Shown: piece by piece, positions 57,087-64,000 of the stretch
Numbering within the stretch: the first letter of the stretch is position 1
Layout of the letters: every line of letters starts with the position of its first letter
Assembly (NCBI GenBank): GCA_963832745.1
Contig: CAWHVC010000003.1
Coordinates: forward strand, 320,001 to 384,000
Length of the DNA: 64,000 bases
Reading direction: 5' to 3'
Source of the DNA: Candidatus Bathyarchaeota archaeon
GTDB taxonomy: Archaea; Thermoproteota; Bathyarchaeia; Bathyarchaeales; Bathycorpusculaceae
The notes under the pieces: generated by a model
What the model was told of the DNA's origin: nothing
What the model saw: only the letters and a program-made list of their open reading frames with translations
Databases searched by the model: none
Made by a program: the position numbers and the translations under genes

Positions 57087-57824
57087 TTGCTACAATACGC
57101 CTTCTCTGTATATACTGGTGTCCTATGGGTGTTGGTCGTCTCTAGCATCAACCTAACAGACGGGTTGAAAACAGTGAGGCCCTCAGAGTTCCTTGATTCC
57201 TCCTCTAAAGGTTTCACCGTCAACATCAACAACGAATATCGCTACTTAAAAACGGGATATTATGTTTCTTTGCACGCGGAAGTTTTAGGAAATCAAGTTA
57301 TTCCGTCAAGCAAAAACATTATTGACACAAGCAGAACCCCAATCCTGCTACTCAGAGCAGCACGAGCAGGCATACCTACATTACCGTTTGTTGTAACGGA
57401 TTGCGTGAAAAAAATTATTTCTGAAGTTGGATTGCCAACGGTTATTTTTGCCGTTAACCCGTTTATTTATGAAGGTTTTGAAGTGGCAAAAAACAAAAGC
57501 GGCTTGTATCGTGCAATGAAAAGTTTAGGCATGAATTACAAGTTTGACGTTTGCGCTATGCCGCTTAAAGGCCAAATGGTTTCAGTGAAATCGTTCTTCG
57601 GAAAATGTCTAGACGATGACTCTGAAGTCTGTAGTATCGCAGAAAAAGTGTACACGTTTTTCAAAATTCCCATATGTAAACTGCACATTCAAAAAGTGGA
57701 TGGCAAAGCGTACCTTAATGGTTTACAACCAGTAAAACAAAAAGAGTTAGCCTCAAATGATTTAGAAATGATCTCAAAAGAGATTATGCTGTTTTCACAG
57801 CAAGGTGAACACGTCAGTGTCTAG
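57087..57824 (+). CDS. RimK-like ATP-grasp N-terminal (RLAN) domain protein
   Basis: VNINNEYRYLKTGYYVSLHAEVLGNQVIPS; true start probably slightly downstream. Confidence 0.75.
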   Translation: MLQYAFSVYTGVLWVLVVSSINLTDGLKTVRPSEFLDSSSKGFTVNINNEYRYLKTGYYVSLHAEVLGNQVIPSSKNIIDTSRTPILLLRAARAGIPTLPFVVTDCVKKIISEVGLPTVIFAVNPFIYEGFEVAKNKSGLYRAMKSLGMNYKFDVCAMPLKGQMVSVKSFFGKCLDDDSEVCSIAEKVYTFFKIPICKLHIQKVDGKAYLNGLQPVKQKELASNDLEMISKEIMLFSQQGEHVSV

Positions 57825-58695
57825 GATCGCATGCTTTGTAGAAAAATATAATTTCTCTGACCCAAGAGAACAAGGAGCCCTTCAAAACTTTAAAACCGCT
57901 GCAGAACAAACAGGAAACCAATTCAGTTTCCTTTTCCGGGAAGACATAGCTGAAATCCCAAAATACAACGCCATTTTCATCCGAGCAACAACAGACCCCC
58001 TATTTACCTCCTACATCGTCTCAAAAACCGCCCAAGAACTGGGCTTAAAAGTCATCGACGACCCGGACTCAATCCAGATTTGCGCAAACAAAATTCATCA
58101 ATACGAACTCTTCGAAAAATACGATGTACCACGCATCCCAACAATGTTCCTAAACAAAGACGAGTTGCACCACAAACGCATAACCGAAATCTTTGACACC
58201 TTAGGCAAACCCGTCGTTATCAAAGCGCCTTACACAAGCTTTTCAAAATACGTCGAAAAAGTTGCGTGCGAAACAAGCTTCCGTGATGTCGCAAAACGGT
58301 TCTTCAAAAAATCTGACGTGTTAGCGATTCAAAAGTTTACGCCTACATCGTTTGACTGGAGAGTCGGCGTTTTGGGCGATGAAGTTTTGTATGTTTGCAA
58401 GTACATGATTCCGAAAGGTAAATGGAAACATGGCGCAAAACTGCGTGGTAAACCAACGGTGGTTTGGGGTAGAACTGAAGCGTTAGATAGGCAGACTGCT
58501 CCCCCGCGGTTGCTTGAAGTTGCTTTGAAAGCCTGTAGTGTCGTCGGTAAAGGTCTTTACGGTGTAGACTTGAAGGAGGTTAACGGTGACTACGTGGTTG
58601 TAGAGGTTAATGATAATCCAAGCATTTACGCGGGCTACGAAGACTCGGTTGACAAAGACATTTACAAAAAAATTATCAGCTACTTAGCACAGTAG
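57805..58695 (+). CDS. RimK-like ATP-grasp amino acid ligase
   Basis: IFIRATT, VIDDPDSI..CANK, VIKAP, FDWRVGVL, YGVDLK, EVNDNPS. Confidence 0.9.
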   Translation: MNTSVSRIACFVEKYNFSDPREQGALQNFKTAAEQTGNQFSFLFREDIAEIPKYNAIFIRATTDPLFTSYIVSKTAQELGLKVIDDPDSIQICANKIHQYELFEKYDVPRIPTMFLNKDELHHKRITEIFDTLGKPVVIKAPYTSFSKYVEKVACETSFRDVAKRFFKKSDVLAIQKFTPTSFDWRVGVLGDEVLYVCKYMIPKGKWKHGAKLRGKPTVVWGRTEALDRQTAPPRLLEVALKACSVVGKGLYGVDLKEVNGDYVVVEVNDNPSIYAGYEDSVDKDIYKKIISYLAQ

Positions 58696-58764
58696 CCCCA
58701 ACTTTCTTTCGCTACCTATTTATTCTGATTTTGTTCTAGCATGCAGTGTTAGGAGACGATATAT

Positions 58765-59727
58765 GTGCCTAAAGTTGATCACAAGATTCCAGTGAAAGAT
58801 TACGATTTTAACAAAGACTTAACAGTTGACGAACTCGTGGGGCAAATGGATGCTGCGTGGGGTTTCACGGCAGGCAAACTTGCAACAGGCGTCAACATAA
58901 TGGAAGACATGATAAACAGCAAGGGCTGTGTCAAGTTTCTCTCGTTCCCAGCAGATATTTGCGCAACGGGTACCCGCGGGGTCATAAAAGAAATGGTAAA
59001 ACGTAAAATGTGCGACATCATAATCACCACCTGCGGTACACTCGACCATGACGTTGCTCGATGCTACAAAGACTACTACAAGGGCAGTTTTATAATGAAT
59101 GACACTAAACTCCATCAAGAGGGAGTTAACCGTTTAGGCAACGTGCTAGTACCAAACGACAGTTACGGCACAGTTATCGAAAAACAAATCATAGGCATGC
59201 TCGAAACCCTCTATAAAGAAGGCAAAAAAGAATTCAGCACAACAGAACTTTGCCGCGAAATTGGCCTGCGCTGCTGCAACGAAAGCTCAATTCTTTATTG
59301 GGCAGCCAAAAACAACATTCCCGTATTTGTACCCGGCATAACTGATGGTTCTGTGGGTTACCAGCTTTGGTTCTTTAGCCAGGACCACAAAGACTTCCGC
59401 ATCAACCTGCTAAAAGATGAAGATGACCTAAACAACATCGTATTTGATGCCAAAAAATCCGGCGCGCTTATCGTTGGCGGAGGCATCAGCAAGCACCACA
59501 CGATTTGGTGGAACCAATTCAAAGACGGCTTAGACTACGTAGTTTACATCAGCACAGCAGATGAGTGGGATGGAAGCTTAAGCGGCGCACGACCACGCGA
59601 AGCTGTTTCATGGGGGAAAATCAGTGAAAAAGCTGAACGTATCATGATTGAAGGCGACGCCACATTGGTAATGCCCATAATGATGAGCTCACTGGTGACA
59701 AGGCTAAACAAGAAAACAAAAGCCTAA
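58765..59727 (+). CDS. dys: Deoxyhypusine synthase
   Basis: NRLGNVLVPN, PGITDGS, GGGISKHH, DGSLSGARPREAVSWGK. Confidence 0.93.
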   Translation: MPKVDHKIPVKDYDFNKDLTVDELVGQMDAAWGFTAGKLATGVNIMEDMINSKGCVKFLSFPADICATGTRGVIKEMVKRKMCDIIITTCGTLDHDVARCYKDYYKGSFIMNDTKLHQEGVNRLGNVLVPNDSYGTVIEKQIIGMLETLYKEGKKEFSTTELCREIGLRCCNESSILYWAAKNNIPVFVPGITDGSVGYQLWFFSQDHKDFRINLLKDEDDLNNIVFDAKKSGALIVGGGISKHHTIWWNQFKDGLDYVVYISTADEWDGSLSGARPREAVSWGKISEKAERIMIEGDATLVMPIMMSSLVTRLNKKTKA

Positions 59728-59817
59728 ACTCATCAGCTTTTCTCTTTTTAATAATTAATCAAGCAGAAAATTATAATTTTAAAAAAATCCAAAAATAAAA
59801 CAAAAGGAAAAAGCCGT

Positions 59818-60903
59818 TTAGGCTTTTGGCATGTCTTTGAAGATCCAGCTCATGTCTGGGCCGTTGCGTTTTTCTGGAACACGTTCGGATAATGCGTGGC
59901 AAATCAGTGGCAATGCGATGGTTGCGTCACAGTAACAGACTGCGCGTGTACCGGTTTGGCTGTTGATTTTGCCCCAGCTGATTGCTTCCTCTAAGGTGCA
60001 GCCGCTTAAGCCGCCCCATTGTGGAGAGTCAGTTGTGATTTGAATCGCGTACTTGTGTGGGTAATAGTATTCTTGTAAGCTCTTGCGTAAGCCGCCTTGT
60101 CTGCCTTGGACACCCTTGTCCTCAGTCATTGGGCTGACACTGATGGCGATGAGTTGTGTTAAATCTTTGGGGACGCCGCCGCCGATGTATACTACTCCGA
60201 CATCTTTGGTTCTAGTGCCAATCTGGACGAATTGGTCAAACTCTTTAACAGAGTCAATATGGACGTTGTGGCCTTGGTTCTTGGCGAGCAGGAAGGTTTC
60301 GCCGTAGGCGCTGTCAACCATAGCTGGGCTAAAGATTGGCACGCCGTGTTTTGCTGCAACAGCGCTGATTGCTGGAATGTTTTTGTTTCCAAGATAGTTA
60401 CCTAAGCCGTGGAGGAATTCTGCTGAAGTATAATAATAGTCTTCTTTGCAGGTCATGACATAGTCGGTTACGACTTCTTCCATTTTACGATAATCAGTTT
60501 CTTTGCCGTAAACGTCATAATACCTGTTAACGTCGTCTTTTAGGAGTTGTTCGTCGTTTGCCATGTGGCTGCCTTGATAGTAGCCAAAACCCATAGCATC
60601 AACGATGTCTTCGCTGACGTTTGCGCCGGTGGAGACAAGGACGTCGATGAATCGGTTTTCGATAAGCCAGTTAATTATTGTCCATTGACCTGCTGTGCTC
60701 ATTGAGCCTGCAAAGCCCATTGCAATTACTGTGTCTTTTTCTTTTATCATGTTTTCCCATACATCAACGGCTTCGCCGAGTTTGCGGCCTTGATAAGCGG
60801 TTCTACCCATTTCTTTTAGAAGCTGTGAAATTGGCTTTTGTTTTGTGACTTTGATTGGTTCAAGTTTCTTTTGGAAGTATGAATCACTCATTAACTTTTG
60901 CAC
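59818..60903 (-). CDS. Deoxyhypusine synthase-like protein (second paralog, possible homospermidine synthase)
   Basis: VSTGAN, PAMVDS, GGGVPKD, QITTDSPQWGGLSGCTLEEAISWGK, CDATIALP. Confidence 0.88.
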   Translation of the reverse strand: MQKLMSDSYFQKKLEPIKVTKQKPISQLLKEMGRTAYQGRKLGEAVDVWENMIKEKDTVIAMGFAGSMSTAGQWTIINWLIENRFIDVLVSTGANVSEDIVDAMGFGYYQGSHMANDEQLLKDDVNRYYDVYGKETDYRKMEEVVTDYVMTCKEDYYYTSAEFLHGLGNYLGNKNIPAISAVAAKHGVPIFSPAMVDSAYGETFLLAKNQGHNVHIDSVKEFDQFVQIGTRTKDVGVVYIGGGVPKDLTQLIAISVSPMTEDKGVQGRQGGLRKSLQEYYYPHKYAIQITTDSPQWGGLSGCTLEEAISWGKINSQTGTRAVCYCDATIALPLICHALSERVPEKRNGPDMSWIFKDMPKA

Positions 60904-61047
60904 CGATGTTTTACATTATACGCCTAATATTTGAAATTTGTCTTTTAGAAAAACAAGCCATTACGTGAAAGCTAACCACTAAAAAGCTTAGACGAGGGCA
61001 AACCTAAGTGAAAGCGCTTAAAGCATATGCCTAAACACGGAAAGAGG

Positions 61048-62122
61048 TTAAATTAACCGTTTTCTGCGGGCTTTTAGTGACAAAATGCTTGCGGCGGTAA
61101 AGGAAGGAAATAGAAAAATCAACAAAATATCTGGTCCAAATTCAGGTATTGCCCCATATAGTTGGGTCAGGCGTGCCGTAACCTAATGGTGTATATTCCT
61201 GGTTTGCACGGAAGGTGGTGTGAAAATTGCCGCTGGGGCGCCTGCAAATACATAGATTTTATCTTTTACAACAGCAGCGGTTGCGCCTAGCCGAGGGGTA
61301 GGCATTGGTGCACCTATCGTCCAATTATTTGTCAATTGGATCATAAACAGAAACCGTGTCAAAACTTCGAAAAACCATTAATGATTCCACCTATTACATA
61401 AATTCGTTTAGGCGCCATCACACCAGTTGTCGCAGCACACGCAGAAATAGAGATTTGTGAGGGTGAAGGCGCGCCTAAAGTCCAAGTGTCATGTTTTAGG
61501 ATTATATATTTGGGTTTGAGTATGGGGAAACTGGCCAGACGCCATTACCGCCTATAATGTATATTTTATCATTAAAAGTAGCTGAGGCATAGCCCTGTTA
61601 CTGGGTAAGGGAGGGGTGATTTAGTTGTCCACAGTTTGAATCTATATCGTATAGCTTAGTTCACGTTATCACTGAACAAAAAGATTTTGCCGTCGACAGC
61701 ATTGGCATTTATACTCCAGCTTAAATGCCAGTGGAAGAAAGGATTTTAGAGTTTGCCAAGTATCGGTTAAGGGTCATAAACTTGGTTTTCCGCTTGCTCG
61801 CATGACCGTCAACTGCCCCACCCAAAACATATATCTTGCTTTGGTAGGCAGCCATTGCAAAGGATATTCTTGGAGTTGGCATAGGTGTTTTATTTGTGTC
61901 CAACTGTCGTGGCTGGATTGTATTCAAAGTTACTTGAGTTCCCCATGAGGTAGATTTTATCATTTACAGCGATAGCTCTATTAGGCCGAATTCAGTATGA
62001 GGAATTTTTGCTTTTGTTGTCCAAGTGTTTTCGGTTTCAAAGGCAGAAACAGTTACCACTGATGAAAAAGAGATGGTTATAACCAGTAGAGCAATAACCC
62101 AAATCTTGTGCAGAGTTTGCAT
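61048..62122 (-). pseudogene. Secreted Kelch-repeat protein with PEF-CTERM-like anchor, multiple frameshifts
   Basis: MQTLHKIWVIALL... signal, ENTWTTKA, MPTPRISFAMAAYQSKIYVLGG, WTIGAPMPTPRLG, NQEYTP, PEFGPD-TM-RRKR in different frames. Confidence 0.8.
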
Positions 62123-62396
62123 TCAATCCCTTAGTCTTTGGTTTTAGGCAGCATAAATTAGGGTTTCCGTCAAGAAACTTTGACTAAAAATAAAGCCAAG
62201 TCAAACTTTTTTAGCTGGAATCGGCGATGACTTACCTGTCCCTAAATTTTATTTTTCACCTGATTTTGCTTCAATAAACAGGGCAAATTCTAAAATACCA
62301 CGTTTAGCAACCCAACTTTCAGAGAGAGGGTGAAAGGTTACGTTAAGTCATGTTAAAGTTGAAGTTAAACCAGTCCACAGTTTTGTCCGTTACTTT

Positions 62397-62783
62397 GTGG
62401 CTCCTTTCTTAGCAGTTTTCGCGTTATCGTTTGCTGTAATTTCGGTTCCAATCGCTGGAGAATTCAGTTTAGCCACTTCGCTACTTTTCAGTTTAGGCTA
62501 CGCATGGTGCTTCTCCGCGCCACTGCTGCTTACTGGAACACGCAACCTTAGGCATCAGCAACTGCAAACAGTCAAAGCTTCAAACGGCAAAAAGATTGGC
62601 TTGGCAGTTTCCGCAGTTGCATTGACAGCACTTTCTGTCTGGGGTATCCAGTCAGTGTTTTCTCAAGTTAATGGTGTTGCGTCGGCCTACTTGTCGATTG
62701 TGTCAGTGCTCTTTGTCAGCGTCTTTGCAGCAACCGTTTATTTTCAAAAAAGCCGTAACACCGGTTTTTCACCAACCTATTAG
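62397..62783 (+). CDS. Membrane protein (about 4 TM); stop codon lies inside the dispersed element
   Basis: Hydrophobic ORF ending ...PTY-TAG within caacctattag. Confidence 0.6.
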   Translation: MAPFLAVFALSFAVISVPIAGEFSLATSLLFSLGYAWCFSAPLLLTGTRNLRHQQLQTVKASNGKKIGLAVSAVALTALSVWGIQSVFSQVNGVASAYLSIVSVLFVSVFAATVYFQKSRNTGFSPTY

Positions 62784-62867
62784 GATCCAAATAGAGGTTC
62801 TATATTGAAACCTATAGGGGGTAGGTCGCTATTGATACTTTTTCAAGCCATTAATATGTTGAAAAAC
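62773..62867 (+). repeat. Dispersed ~95-bp element, copy 3
   Basis: caacctattaggatccaaatagaggttctatattgaaacctatagggggtaggtcgctattg...tttttcaagccattaatatgttgaaaaac. Confidence 0.9.
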
Positions 62868-62923
62868 ACATTTCTAGAAAAATTAATCCGTCATAGCGCG
62901 AACTAGCCTTTTGGTGATGATGC

Positions 62924-63118
62924 ATGCCTTTTGTACAGGTTTCTGTGTGGGCGGGAATAAGCCCTGAAAACAAGAAAAAAGTTGTTGAAGGAATAACAAA
63001 AACCTTTGAAAGCATAGGTATTCCAAGCCAAGCAATCCATGTTGCTATTTTGGAGATTCCACAGCAAAATTGGGCAACTGGCGGTAAGTTGCATTCAGAA
63101 ACGCCTCCCCCTGTGTAG
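62924..63118 (+). CDS. 4-oxalocrotonate tautomerase family protein
   Basis: Pro-1 after Met (MPFVQV), KKKVVEGIT, EIPQQNWATGG. Confidence 0.9.
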   Translation: MPFVQVSVWAGISPENKKKVVEGITKTFESIGIPSQAIHVAILEIPQQNWATGGKLHSETPPPV

Positions 63119-63245
63119 TATTGAAAGCAAAATTTTTTGCTTCCTCATTTTTGTCGCTTATCTTGTTAAGAATTTTTTGGTATTTTGTTCTTTACCTTAT
63201 TTGGGATAGCAGGCTGCGTTTTATGGTTTAATTGGTGATTAGGCA

Positions 63246-63857
63246 TTGTCAAAACGCTTAGAAGAACGTGAGACAACACGTCTCGAAACGTTCAGCGACG
63301 GCATTTTTGCTTTTGCAATGACCCTCTTAGTGCTTGGACTATACGACCCTATCACACGCGGCTACTCGAACCTGCTTCAAGGTTTAATAAATGAGTGGCC
63401 CAGTTTTCTTGCACTATCAACCAGTTTCTTGACAATTCTTGTAATGTGGATGAACCACCATAACATGTTTCTCTATGTTAAAAAAATTAATCGCCGCTTC
63501 ATGTTCCTAAACGGGCTGCTGCTTCTGTTCATTACCTTGACACCGTTTACCACTTTGCTGGTTTCTGAGCATCTGTTGACTTCAAACGCTATGACGGCAG
63601 CTGCATTGTATGCTGGAACTTTTTTTATGCTTTCTGTTGTTTGGAACGTTTTATGGCATCATGCAGCTGACCATTACCGGTTGTTGGGTAAAGGTATTTC
63701 TGAAGCATACGTTACCCGTATAAAACATCAATACTCTGTTGGACCCTTCTTGTATGGTGTTGCGTTTTTGGTTGCTTTTGTAAGTGGGGTTGCAACTTTG
63801 ATTCTTGTGATTTTGGTTGCCGCTTATTATGGAGTAACCGCTACAATAACAGATTAA
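63246..63857 (+). CDS. TMEM175 family (DUF1211) potassium channel
   Basis: RLETFSDGIFAFAMTLLVL, WMNHH, PFTT. Confidence 0.9.
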   Translation: MSKRLEERETTRLETFSDGIFAFAMTLLVLGLYDPITRGYSNLLQGLINEWPSFLALSTSFLTILVMWMNHHNMFLYVKKINRRFMFLNGLLLLFITLTPFTTLLVSEHLLTSNAMTAAALYAGTFFMLSVVWNVLWHHAADHYRLLGKGISEAYVTRIKHQYSVGPFLYGVAFLVAFVSGVATLILVILVAAYYGVTATITD

Positions 63858-64000
63858 AGCTAAACTTCGTTTTTGTTCTTTTTGTTTAATTCACGCCTAA
63901 CCAGAAGTGTTGCCCCTACAACTAGAAGCGAAACTACGGCAGCTAAGCCCAACCATTGAAGAGACCAAACCAGTTGGCTTGTTTGATTAGCCTGCGGCAA

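Noticed and set aside
3497-62867. CRISPR array or IS interpretation of the dispersed repeat
   Set aside because: Copies are tens of kb apart, with no spacer periodicity, cas genes, terminal inverted repeats or transposase

Overview
64-kb chromosomal segment of an anaerobic archaeon. The gene content points to Bathyarchaeia (inference): archaeal ACDS cdhABCDE with two cooC, MtrH plus a corrinoid protein, CofE/FrhB, PolB2, a GPN GTPase, deoxyhypusine synthases, and secreted NosD/Kelch/PLC proteins with C-terminal membrane anchors (two PEF-like). It holds the purine genes purM/purS/purL/purQ split by an AT-rich island of secreted-protein genes, and tRNA-Gly(CCC) followed by a TIR-like gene. It also has a bacterial-type metK, an orphan rnfD-rnfC pair beside a radical SAM/SPASM gene, two GT-C-like membrane proteins, a corrinoid/MtrH/CbiZ block, the Wood-Ljungdahl carbonyl branch, an FrhB-MetF-like-CofE block, a GCS2/RLAN/ATP-grasp ligase trio and two convergent DHS paralogs. 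No transposase, integrase, rRNA or CRISPR array was seen. The most notable non-genic signal is a dispersed ~95-bp palindrome-rich, G-string-containing element: two full copies, one interrupted copy with an inverted core, and one degenerate half-copy. Four genes carry frameshifts or stops (purM, rnfD, the island polyprotein, the Kelch gene), which may be real or assembly indels. All calls come from motif recognition by eye; no database searches were run.
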